A stretch of DNA of 64,000 nucleotides, from contig CAZJUB010000006.1 of NCBI GenBank assembly GCA_964549075.1, forward strand, positions 8,311 to 72,310. Direction: 5' to 3'. The translations under genes and the position numbers were made by a program. The stretch's first letter is position 1. Each line of letters opens with the position of its first letter. Below the pieces are notes generated by a model that was given only the letters and a program-made list of their open reading frames with translations, had not been told where the DNA came from and made no database searches. Of this stretch, positions 55,955-64,000 are shown piece after piece. This DNA is from an uncultured archaeon. Its GTDB lineage: Archaea > Asgardarchaeota > Heimdallarchaeia > Heimdallarchaeales > Heimdallarchaeaceae.

Positions 55955-56899
55955 CTACTTTTTTAAATAAGGATTTTCTTCCCCACAGTTAGCACAGAAT
56001 GCTGAATCTTCATCCAGTTCTAGTCCACATTTAACACAGAACATTTTCTTCTTTGAAGATTCTTCTTCAACCAGTAAGTTATCCAGAGGGTCTGGTTTTT
56101 TCTGACCAGTCTGTGGTGGAGGTGGAGGAGGAGTAAAACCACCAAATAAACCGCCTCTCCTCCCGAAAAGACCGCCAGTAGCTGGTCTTTGAGCAGCTTC
56201 CTGTTTTCGTTCTTCCATTTGTTGGAAGACTTGATCAGGAATTTTATCTAATACTAAAAATGCTCTGCGTAGATACCAGAAACCAAGAACCATTAGAACA
56301 AGTGAACCCATCTCAAGGAAATAGTTTATCCAAAGAAGAATATCATAACCTTGAGCAACCACAGGACTACCATCAGTTGCGTAACTAACATAGGTATCTT
56401 GAGGAATAATTACTTCTATTATCTTTCTTAGTGCTAGAAATCCAAAACCCATTGGAAGAGACATTTGCCCTCTATAGACATTTCTTCTCTCGGTAGCAAA
56501 CTTATCTACAGCTGTTTTAAGTTGATAAAATCCTATTGTTAAGCCAATTATTGCAATAATTTCAACAAGGTTAGTCGGAAGTAAATTCAATCTAGTAATT
56601 GGGATAGCTCCAACTGAATAAAGAATGTAAAGAGTCTGAGCAATTAAATTAATTTGTGATGCAACAAAAACTATTATTGCAGAATATAAAATAATCTTGT
56701 TTCTGTCATCTTTATAGAGCTCTAAAAAGCCAAAAGATAACCAGATTAATGATCCTACTTTTAAGAATTCTATAACAATTTGAATATAGTTTATTGCGTT
56801 ACCTACATTAAAGAATGGAATAAACATTCCGAGCATTATTACTAATACATAGATTAATGCTGCATTTGTGATATTTTTTCTGGTTTTATCACTTATCAT
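55955..56899 (-). CDS. Polytopic membrane protein, paralog 1, with a Gly/Pro-rich linker and a C-terminal zinc ribbon
   Basis: 314 aa. After the membrane core come GGLFGRRGGLFGGFTPPPPPPQTG and then FCVKCGLELDEDSAFCANCGEENP (C-x2-C-x10-C-x2-C). Confidence 0.6.
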   Translation of the reverse strand: MISDKTRKNITNAALIYVLVIMLGMFIPFFNVGNAINYIQIVIEFLKVGSLIWLSFGFLELYKDDRNKIILYSAIIVFVASQINLIAQTLYILYSVGAIPITRLNLLPTNLVEIIAIIGLTIGFYQLKTAVDKFATERRNVYRGQMSLPMGFGFLALRKIIEVIIPQDTYVSYATDGSPVVAQGYDILLWINYFLEMGSLVLMVLGFWYLRRAFLVLDKIPDQVFQQMEERKQEAAQRPATGGLFGRRGGLFGGFTPPPPPPQTGQKKPDPLDNLLVEEESSKKKMFCVKCGLELDEDSAFCANCGEENPYLKK

Positions 56900-57134
56900 T
56901 CTACACCCAGCTTTGTAAAGTACTATTTAAATTTGCGGAGTTATGACTTTCGCAGAGTTTTAACTTCAAGAGAAACAAAAAATGAAATTATATAAGATAT
57001 TCGTCATGTGGCAAATTTAGTTTAGAATACAATAAGTATCCGAATAAATTACACCATTTCAGTAATTAAGTAAATTAGATAATACTATTTGATGCTAGGA
57101 AAATAATTTAAGCGTATCTGCTAAAATCCTTATC

Positions 57135-57773
57135 ATGAGAGTTTCTTCAGCTCTATCCTTACTTGCATGTGTTCTAGGTTTTATCACATTATTGATTCCT
57201 GTTTTGTATAATAATTTAGGTTATGCTTTAAGTTGGATGGACATACAAGAAACACCACCATTGTGGATTTTTCTTGGAGTTACTCTTATAGTTGTAGCTC
57301 ACGATTTTAGTTGGCTTGAAGGATTTAAATTCATAAGAAAATCAGATATTAGACTTATTAGGATAATTTTGATAGCTATAGCTATTGGAATGGCTTATGC
57401 TATGGAACTTTCAGTAAATGTTCGTTTAACATCTCAAACTTACTGGCAATCAGCTCTTTATTTTGATATACCTAATGAGTCAAAGGTAATATTTGAGTAT
57501 AATATTCTTTATTATAATATGCAGATTGTTCAAGTAAATGATATAACTTTCAGACCCAGTTCTGTCTATTCAGTTTTTGCACCAAAGACGTATATTTATA
57601 TTTTTGAGAGCTTTGCAGGATTAGGATATCATATTATGAGAGCCTGTAGAATCATTTTGATTTGTGCATTAATTATAGCATTCTTTGAGAAAAGTCTTAG
57701 AATATCTCGAATTATTAAGAATATCGAAATTCCTGCAACAAAAAATCTAAGCCTTGATGAAAATAGTTTTTAA
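57135..57773 (+). CDS. Uncharacterised membrane protein (212 aa)
   Basis: It has several hydrophobic helices (LLACVLGFITLLIPVLY, LWIFLGVTLIVVAH, IILIAIAIGMAYAM, ILICALIIAFF). No motif was recognised. Confidence 0.5.
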   Translation: MRVSSALSLLACVLGFITLLIPVLYNNLGYALSWMDIQETPPLWIFLGVTLIVVAHDFSWLEGFKFIRKSDIRLIRIILIAIAIGMAYAMELSVNVRLTSQTYWQSALYFDIPNESKVIFEYNILYYNMQIVQVNDITFRPSSVYSVFAPKTYIYIFESFAGLGYHIMRACRIILICALIIAFFEKSLRISRIIKNIEIPATKNLSLDENSF

Positions 57774-57806
57774 TTCTACACCTATTTTTTAATATAACTC
57801 TGTAGG

Positions 57807-58877
57807 TTGCTTGACATGAATTCATCATTATTTGTACCCTATGTTGCACTCTTAGTACTAGATGATGCTGGAATGTCACTAAGATGCACAAGTCCAATGC
57901 CAGAAATATCCAAGGAAGAACTCATTGGTATTGGTAATTTTTATAGTCCAGTCGTGTCAGCTTCATCTCCTAATTTAGAGATTTACGGACCTTTACCTAT
58001 TCCTCATTTTGAAAAATATCATTTACTTATAGTTACTTTTAGAAAAAAAGATTCTTTGGTTTTAAATCCTAGAACCAAGTATAACGAGAACCTTTCATTT
58101 TGTCAGCTTCTAATATTCTACAACAAGGAGTGTGATGAGATAGTGAAATTTGGACATGGTCAGATTTATACTACTATAAACATCTTCCTTCAAGAATTTG
58201 ATGATGTATCTGTAATAGATGATAATGAGCTTCTGAAACTAAGTGAAATACTCATGGAGAATGTTTTATTGGATGACCAGATTAAATCCAAAAGTATAGA
58301 AGATATTGTCAGAGATATTGCTTCAAGATTCAACACAATCCAACAAATTTCTCATCTCCTTAACAGAAGAACAAAAATAGGCATTATCTCGTCAGATTCT
58401 CTTTCGTATAATCTAATTATTCAATCATTATTCCATTTTCAAAACATTGATTTTATTTACCAATTAGATAGAAATGAGTATATCACTCGCATTGATACCT
58501 ATTTCATGAGAATTGTTCTAACTCTTCTTTTTGGTGCAGAGACGATTGTTGGTAAAGAGTATTTTCGAGAAATGGATTATTATGTATATTTAGCTTCTTG
58601 TGAAGATCAGGATGGATGTAAAAAGCACATAGAAAATATTGATTCTTTATTTGAGAGAGACCCACTGGCAAAGATTTTCTTTGTTACAGCCGAAAGAGCT
58701 GAACAACTTCCTTTGGAGTATAAGAAATATTTATTTCATGAAACTGAAAGAAGAAAAAACTTGAAACTTATGATTTCAGTCGGAGATATTTTCCGAACAT
58801 TAGATAACGCAATCTATCTAATTTTAAATGATATCTTGGAGTTAAGAAAAATAATCTTGAGTCAAGGAAAATCCTGA
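57807..58877 (+). CDS. Uncharacterised two-domain protein: longin/roadblock-like N-terminus plus Rossmann-like C-terminal module (same architecture as 32398..33396)
   Basis: VALLVLDDAGMSLRCTS...EIYGPLPIPHF...HLLIVTF at the N-terminus shares the YGP(F/L)P(F/I) motif with the 32398 gene. The C-terminal KIGIISSDSL....YYVYLASCED....KIFFVTAE has strand-helix periodicity. It has a TTG start; ATG 57816 is also possible. Confidence 0.5.
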   Translation: MLDMNSSLFVPYVALLVLDDAGMSLRCTSPMPEISKEELIGIGNFYSPVVSASSPNLEIYGPLPIPHFEKYHLLIVTFRKKDSLVLNPRTKYNENLSFCQLLIFYNKECDEIVKFGHGQIYTTINIFLQEFDDVSVIDDNELLKLSEILMENVLLDDQIKSKSIEDIVRDIASRFNTIQQISHLLNRRTKIGIISSDSLSYNLIIQSLFHFQNIDFIYQLDRNEYITRIDTYFMRIVLTLLFGAETIVGKEYFREMDYYVYLASCEDQDGCKKHIENIDSLFERDPLAKIFFVTAERAEQLPLEYKKYLFHETERRKNLKLMISVGDIFRTLDNAIYLILNDILELRKIILSQGKS

Positions 58878-58878
58878 T

Positions 58879-59730
58879 TTATTCTGGTTTTTTATCAGGT
58901 ATCACTGCTATAAGAACACCACCAGGACCAACTCTACTTCCAACTACTGGACCCATATAACCTATATAAGACTGGCTTACTTTCATCTTTGATTTTAGAA
59001 TTTCTTCTATTTCAATAGCATCTCCTATTGAATCTGCATGAGTAATTAACATAGAGTATGTGTTCTTTGGATTGGTTCTTTGTAAGACTTCTTCAACTGC
59101 TCTCTTCTTTGCATTTTTTAGGCTAATCACTCTACAAAGAGGGATATTCTCACCATCTTGAGTTATGATCATCGGTTTCATTCTTCCTAAAGAAGCAAAA
59201 AATTCAGACGCTCTACTAATTCTTCCTGATTTAACAAGCATTTTTAAAGAATCCATATATCCAATTTGAATAACTTCTGGACGCATATTTTCCATAAAAG
59301 AAAGTACATCTGTTAATTCATAATTTTGTTTTAAAAGCTCAGCAAACCTTATACCTAATAATCCTTCTCCACCAGAAGCATTGAGTGAATCAAAAAGATG
59401 AACATCTTTAGGATAAAATTTCTTTGCAGCTACAGCCCCCTGTTGGTAAGTATTGGAAAACTTACTCGAAAGTGTAACTACCACTATTTTATCATATCCA
59501 TCTTTAAGGTGTTCATCAAACATTTCTTCCCATTGAGCAAAATTAGGTGCAGATGTGTTCGGTAAATCTAATTTATCTATATTAGCATAATATTCTTGTG
59601 GAGTGATATCAATCCTGTCTCTTAACATCTTACCTATCTCAATATTCAAAGGTATCAAACTGATGCCAAATTGTTCCATTACTTCATCAGGCAAATCTCC
59701 ACAGCTGTCTACTACAACTTTTATTTTCAT
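58879..59730 (-). CDS. DegV-family fatty-acid-binding protein
   Basis: The opening MKIKVVVDSCGDLPDEVMEQFGISLIPLNI is the typical DegV start (placed at M14 of the track ORF). It is followed by TSAPN and a SxxxSGTYQ-like SSKFSNTYQ. Confidence 0.85.
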   Translation of the reverse strand: MKIKVVVDSCGDLPDEVMEQFGISLIPLNIEIGKMLRDRIDITPQEYYANIDKLDLPNTSAPNFAQWEEMFDEHLKDGYDKIVVVTLSSKFSNTYQQGAVAAKKFYPKDVHLFDSLNASGGEGLLGIRFAELLKQNYELTDVLSFMENMRPEVIQIGYMDSLKMLVKSGRISRASEFFASLGRMKPMIITQDGENIPLCRVISLKNAKKRAVEEVLQRTNPKNTYSMLITHADSIGDAIEIEEILKSKMKVSQSYIGYMGPVVGSRVGPGGVLIAVIPDKKPE

Positions 59731-59816
59731 TACTCTAGAGAAATTCCTCTCTTTCTTAAACCTTATCACTTGATAGTCCGAGATTAATTAATGCAGAATC
59801 AGAACTTTTTTAATAT

Positions 59817-60671
59817 TTGTACAATTTCATGCTTTCAATGGGTTACGAATATCTTCAGACTTCAGAAAAACCTCCTATTAAATTACGTCACAAATTCTTT
59901 CCAACAAAAAATAAAGAAAATAATAATCGAAAATTAGTAATGATACCAGGTTTTTTAGATAACATTGACAATAGGATGCCTTTAGTTTCCGCATTTCAAG
60001 AAATCAGTAATATTATAATGTATGAACCTCGAGGTTATGGTAAATCCAGTGCTCCTAGAAAGAGAGGAAAATATAAGGTAAAATACTATGTTGAAGATTT
60101 TGAAAAATTAATTGAGCATTATGGTTTAAAGGATAAAGAATATTATGTCTGGGGGAGTTGTGTTGGTTCTGCTATTATCTACCAATATTATCTAGATAGT
60201 GATGGACCAAAACCAGTTGCAATAATTGCTGCAAGTCCAGATGCAAAATTCAAAACTCAATGGTGGTTTGAGATTGTAAATATTCTTCCTTATCCATTAG
60301 TGTGGTTAGTCTATAAGATAGTTATATTTGTTCTTAGACGTTACCTAAAGAGAAAGAATCCAAGCGATGTCAAAAACATCGATTATTCTGTTGACAGATT
60401 TAACAAGCTTGATTTATATGTTCAAATGAGAATATTGATTGAACTTATACACAGGTATGATATCAGGGGAAGAGAATCAGAATTGGATGTACCAATGTTA
60501 GTATTATCACCAAAGAAAGATTGGTTTGTTGATCCAGAAAATTCCAAGAGAATGGTACAATATCACCCACAATCAAAATATGTGGGACTTGGAGATGCTC
60601 ATAGAATGATAGTTGATACTGAGAAAGAAATAGCTAAACTTTCTAATGATTTCATAAATTCAATCAGTTGA
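59817..60671 (+). CDS. Alpha/beta-hydrolase-fold protein with a Cys in the nucleophile elbow
   Basis: LVMIPGF is the oxyanion region. The elbow YVWGSCVGSAI is G-x-C-x-G rather than G-x-S-x-G. A C-terminal GLGDAHRM supplies the His. The start is ambiguous (TTG 59817, ATG 59829 or ATG 59838). Confidence 0.7.
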   Translation: MYNFMLSMGYEYLQTSEKPPIKLRHKFFPTKNKENNNRKLVMIPGFLDNIDNRMPLVSAFQEISNIIMYEPRGYGKSSAPRKRGKYKVKYYVEDFEKLIEHYGLKDKEYYVWGSCVGSAIIYQYYLDSDGPKPVAIIAASPDAKFKTQWWFEIVNILPYPLVWLVYKIVIFVLRRYLKRKNPSDVKNIDYSVDRFNKLDLYVQMRILIELIHRYDIRGRESELDVPMLVLSPKKDWFVDPENSKRMVQYHPQSKYVGLGDAHRMIVDTEKEIAKLSNDFINSIS

Positions 60672-60723
60672 TATTACTAACAAGATTTTTATTTTAATAA
60701 AGCTAGCAATATAATAGATTAAA

Positions 60724-62667
60724 ATGGTAGTATTTGAAGTAAATGAAGTTACTCTTTATAAAATGGGTGTTGGATGGTTAAGTTCTCAAGCCTCTTTTAA
60801 AGAAAAAGAAGTAAGCTTTCCTGTTCTTGTAAAAAATCAGGATGACTTTCTGAAGACATTCCATGTCGAAGTGACTGGAGAAGCTCTTTTATCCTCAATA
60901 GCCTTCGATACTGAGGAAGGAAAGGATTTGGAAATAGAACAAGATGGTGAGGCATTGACTACAATATTGAACCTTCTAGCTGGTTCTAGCGTAGTTGTAG
61001 ATACAAAAGATGAAAAGAACATTGAAGGTAAATTGATTGGTTATCAAGTGTTAGAAGATCATGAGGATTCAGTAAAACTTGAAGTAATTTTACTAACTGA
61101 TGATTACAAAATTCATCATATCTTTTCTGACAACTTACAGAATATTATACCTAAAGAAGAATTCTTTATCAAAACTCTTTCAGAACAGATTGATTTACTC
61201 TCAAAGAGTAAAAAAGAGAACGTGAAAAATATCAAAATAAATTTCACCGAAGAAGGCGAAAAAGATGTTAAAATATCTTATTTAACAGAGTTACCTGCAT
61301 GGTTATCCTCATATCGAATATATGGCTTAGATGAGAATAACGCAGTTTTTGAATTGTGGAGTCTTGTAACTAATAATTCACAACAAGATTGGATTGATGC
61401 TAAAATTCACCTAATTACGGGTTTACCTCTCTCCTTTAGATATGATATAAGTTCTCCATGGATAATCGACAGACCTTTTGTAAAAAGACCTAGACAGATG
61501 GGAATAAGTGTTATGACACCTGAAGCTGAATATGAAATGGCTAAAGAAGCGATGCCACCACCTATGGCTGCTCCTGCACCTAGTGGAATCGCTAGAGCAA
61601 AAAAGAGGTCTGTTAAGGAACTTGGAGTTGTTTCTTCATTAGAAGAAAGTGCTGAGGATTACTACGAATATTCTGCTGCGTCTGAAGCTGCAGCTGAAGT
61701 AGTAACTACTACAGAAAGTGTCTCATTTAGCTTAAAACAGCTAGTAACAATCAAAAAAGGAGAATCTGCTTTACTTCTTTTACATTCTGTCAACGTCCCA
61801 AAAGAAACAATCAATATTTATAATCAAACACAACATGCTTCTAATCCTTTCAAAGCAATGGAAGTAGAAAATAAAGCTGGTTATGGTTGGGAAGCTGGTC
61901 CAGTAACAATTTATGAAAAGGGTGAATATGCTGGTGAATCCATGCTTCCACGTGTTTCTAAAGGTGATAAACAAATTATTCCTTATCTAGTAGAACAAGA
62001 TATTTTAATTAAACAAGAAGAATTTACTACAACCAAGAAGATTGGGATCTCTCTTTCTAACCAATATTACGTGGAAACTTATCTTAATACAAAGACCTAC
62101 AAATTAGATCTTAATAATAAGAGTGATGAGGAAAAATTGGTTATAGTCGAACTTCCAAAAATGTATGGTTATTCTATTAACAAGCGAAAAATGAAATTAG
62201 ATTCATCAGAGACTCCTAATTACTTTAGAGTGAAGATTACTCTTGAATCTAAGTCTATTCAAAAAATAGAGATACCTACTGAAAGAAAAACATCAGAGAG
62301 TGTTTCAATTGCTTCTGTATCAGATGAATATCTCGATGAACTTCTTAAACTTGATACACTAAAAACAACTCAAATCTCTATTCTAAAGAAAATAAAACAA
62401 CTTCGAAAAGAAAAATACAAAAATAACGAGCAAATTGATTCTGAACGATCTAATCTTAATAGAATAGATAAAGAATATCAACGAATTACTGAATCTATCA
62501 AGGTTTTAAAGAGTGATGGAGACGAAGGTAAAACAAGATCAAAATATGTAGATAAAATGAATAGTCTCTTTGAAACAATGGAAACAAAACGAAAACTTCT
62601 GGAAGAATTACAGATACGATTAGACCAGATTGAGGAGGAAATCTATAAACTATTAGATGAGCTTTAA
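60724..62667 (+). CDS. DUF4139/DUF4140-like (MuiA-family-like) protein with a C-terminal coiled coil
   Basis: 647 aa. VKISYLTELPAWLSSYRIYG...LWSLVTNNSQQDWIDAKIHLITGLP resembles the DUF4139 signature (vsY.v..a.W.p.Ydl...a.v.n.tGedW.dv.l.LvtG.P). The last ~120 aa are heptad-like. Confidence 0.6.
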   Translation: MVVFEVNEVTLYKMGVGWLSSQASFKEKEVSFPVLVKNQDDFLKTFHVEVTGEALLSSIAFDTEEGKDLEIEQDGEALTTILNLLAGSSVVVDTKDEKNIEGKLIGYQVLEDHEDSVKLEVILLTDDYKIHHIFSDNLQNIIPKEEFFIKTLSEQIDLLSKSKKENVKNIKINFTEEGEKDVKISYLTELPAWLSSYRIYGLDENNAVFELWSLVTNNSQQDWIDAKIHLITGLPLSFRYDISSPWIIDRPFVKRPRQMGISVMTPEAEYEMAKEAMPPPMAAPAPSGIARAKKRSVKELGVVSSLEESAEDYYEYSAASEAAAEVVTTTESVSFSLKQLVTIKKGESALLLLHSVNVPKETINIYNQTQHASNPFKAMEVENKAGYGWEAGPVTIYEKGEYAGESMLPRVSKGDKQIIPYLVEQDILIKQEEFTTTKKIGISLSNQYYVETYLNTKTYKLDLNNKSDEEKLVIVELPKMYGYSINKRKMKLDSSETPNYFRVKITLESKSIQKIEIPTERKTSESVSIASVSDEYLDELLKLDTLKTTQISILKKIKQLRKEKYKNNEQIDSERSNLNRIDKEYQRITESIKVLKSDGDEGKTRSKYVDKMNSLFETMETKRKLLEELQIRLDQIEEEIYKLLDEL

Positions 62668-62669
62668 TT

Positions 62670-63404
62670 CTACGATTTCTCTACTCTTTGTTCTAACCAT
62701 TTGTCTATCTCTTGAAAGAGCTGTTTTCTCCCAGAATCTTTTGGTATAACATGACCTCCTTTTAAAATTTGGATTATTTTTTTATCTTTTGAAGATACAG
62801 AATTAAGTATTTTCTCAGCATGTTTAAGAGAAATAGTGGGATCATTTTTTGCGTATACAATCAGAATCGGAATTGTTATGTTTACCATTGCTTTTTTATT
62901 TATTTGAAAAAGTTTGAACAGTTGAGGAATGAATTTTACAGGAAAAGCTCCATAGCTTTTGTGTGTTTTTAGAGATTTCAAGTCTTCCCACCCTTTTTCT
63001 TCACCTTTATGATAAGGGTAAATAACATGTACGAAAGGGATATAAGCGAGTAAATACATCCTCCAGTCTGGAGAAAACGCAGGTGAAGCAAGAGGGATGA
63101 TTCCACTAATATCGGGATTTTTGGAACCTAAGTAAAGTGTTATCGCCCCTCCTAAAGATAGTCCGCAAACAAACACATTTTCGTACTTTTCTTTTAAGTT
63201 ATCTAATTGTTCTTGAGCAAAATCTGTCAATTCAAACCATTTTCTGTCTTTCAAATCCTCCAATGACGTCTCATGACCTGGCAATATGATATTGTGAACA
63301 ACATATCCCTGGTTTTTCAGGTGTTTTTCTAATGGTATCATTTCAAAATGAGTTCCAGTAAAACCATGTATTAAAAGGAAAGCAGTCTTATTTTCTTTAG
63401 TCAT
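62670..63404 (-). CDS. Alpha/beta hydrolase (carboxylesterase / monoacylglycerol-lipase-like)
   Basis: 244 aa with FLLIHGFTGT, the nucleophile elbow CGLSLGG, and a C-terminal GGHVIP His. Confidence 0.85.
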   Translation of the reverse strand: MTKENKTAFLLIHGFTGTHFEMIPLEKHLKNQGYVVHNIILPGHETSLEDLKDRKWFELTDFAQEQLDNLKEKYENVFVCGLSLGGAITLYLGSKNPDISGIIPLASPAFSPDWRMYLLAYIPFVHVIYPYHKGEEKGWEDLKSLKTHKSYGAFPVKFIPQLFKLFQINKKAMVNITIPILIVYAKNDPTISLKHAEKILNSVSSKDKKIIQILKGGHVIPKDSGRKQLFQEIDKWLEQRVEKS

Positions 63405-63498
63405 TTGAAGAAAGTTCTCTTAAGAAATTAAAAATTTTAGCATTACAAGAAGATTTTTCAGCGGAAAAACTCAAAAAGACTAAAAATAATTTACTGTT

Positions 63499-64000
63499 GT
63501 GATAGACACACCTACTTTCTATGCACTTATAGGGATAATGTCAGCTGTTGTATTCGCTTGGCTCGTTTTAGTGATAATTAGAAGAATTCGATATGAGTTT
63601 TTTATTGTACTTGCATTCATATTAATCATTTTATCAATAACCCTTACAGGCGATTACTCTGGACTATATTACCTTTCTGCAAAAAATCAATATATCTATC
63701 AAATTATAGCAATTTGCTTAGCTTGTATAGCTTTTCTCTTTGTTTTGATGGGGATATTTTCTGCAAGAAAAAGATGGATTAAAAAGAGAGGAACAAACAA
63801 TCTAAACAGTTTTAGAAATCTAGCTTTTTTTGCTTATGTAAGACATCCTATCACATTCAGCAGTATGTTAATCTCTATATCTTTGATGTTATTATTTCAA
63901 TCAATCCTTTCAAATGTTCTTGCTGGTTTAGCTTTAATTGTATTTACGACTTCTTCTTTAGAAAAAGATATATTCTTACAAAAGCTCTACGGATATCCCT
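63499..64000 (+). CDS. ICMT/PEMT-family membrane methyltransferase-like protein (3' end lies outside the window)
   Basis: This frame is not in the ORF track because it runs off the window. It is open from the stop at 63487..63489 to nt 64000, with a GTG at 63499 or an ATG at 63538. My own translation gives TM helices, then FFAYVRHPITFSSMLISI and LEKDIFLQKLYGYP, matching the family pattern (vRHP.Y.g.ll......EE..L...fG..Y). Confidence 0.65.
   Translation, partial: MIDTPTFYALIGIMSAVVFAWLVLVIIRRIRYEFFIVLAFILIILSITLTGDYSGLYYLSAKNQYIYQIIAICLACIAFLFVLMGIFSARKRWIKKRGTNNLNSFRNLAFFAYVRHPITFSSMLISISLMLLFQSILSNVLAGLALIVFTTSSLEKDIFLQKLYGYP

Noticed and set aside
63499-64000. Linking the ICMT-like methyltransferase to eukaryote-style CAAX processing of the window's small GTPase
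   Set aside because: The GTPase ends in ...ALGIKN with no Cys. ICMT/PEMT-family membrane methyltransferases are widespread in prokaryotes without prenylated GTPases. The gene is also truncated by the window edge.

Overview
This is a densely coding, visibly AT-rich 64-kb chromosomal window (GC not computed). The core genes are clearly archaeal: an ATP-dependent DNA ligase and a full set of A-type ATP synthase subunits. Eukaryote-signature genes sit among them, including a profilin-like protein, a Ras/Rab-like small GTPase, a classical C2H2 zinc finger, and roadblock/longin-like and GIFT (IFT52/GldG-like) modules. I therefore read it as an Asgard (Loki-type) archaeal genome; this is inference, no search was possible.

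The ORF track supports about 65 protein genes. I saw no rRNA, tRNA, CRISPR array, transposase or integrase.

Recognisable blocks:
- RidA and an arginase-family enzyme.
- A profilin plus YggU pair.
- A GIFT-protein/DNA-ligase operon.
- A MinD/ParA-like ATPase followed by two paralogous zinc-ribbon membrane proteins.
- A scrambled atp locus: F | A-B-D-usp-E-I-K | C | H.
- An acyl-CoA synthetase-TPR-GNAT-macrodomain operon.
- Two giant orphan proteins. One fuses a CofD-like domain, a PCI-like winged helix, a perfect 15-nt tandem repeat and a C2H2 finger.
- An N-succinylamino-acid-racemase-like gene paired with a GNAT gene.
- A small-GTPase operon with two orphan genes.
- A radical SAM/SPASM enzyme with a coupled 61-aa ORF.
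- cbiMQO.
- A TusA/DsrE/SQR-like sulfur-relay operon.
- An M14 carboxypeptidase, WecB and TauE.
- Three tandem paralogous membrane proteins.
- DegV and two alpha/beta hydrolases.

The most interesting signal is in the 32-59 kb half. Uncharacterised proteins there look like GTPase-regulatory parts: three longin-like plus Rossmann-like (DENN-reminiscent) proteins, a P-loop-less pseudo-GTPase and a 7TM-roadblock fusion. They lie around one bona fide small GTPase.

All domain calls come from motif recognition by eye and need HMM or structure confirmation.
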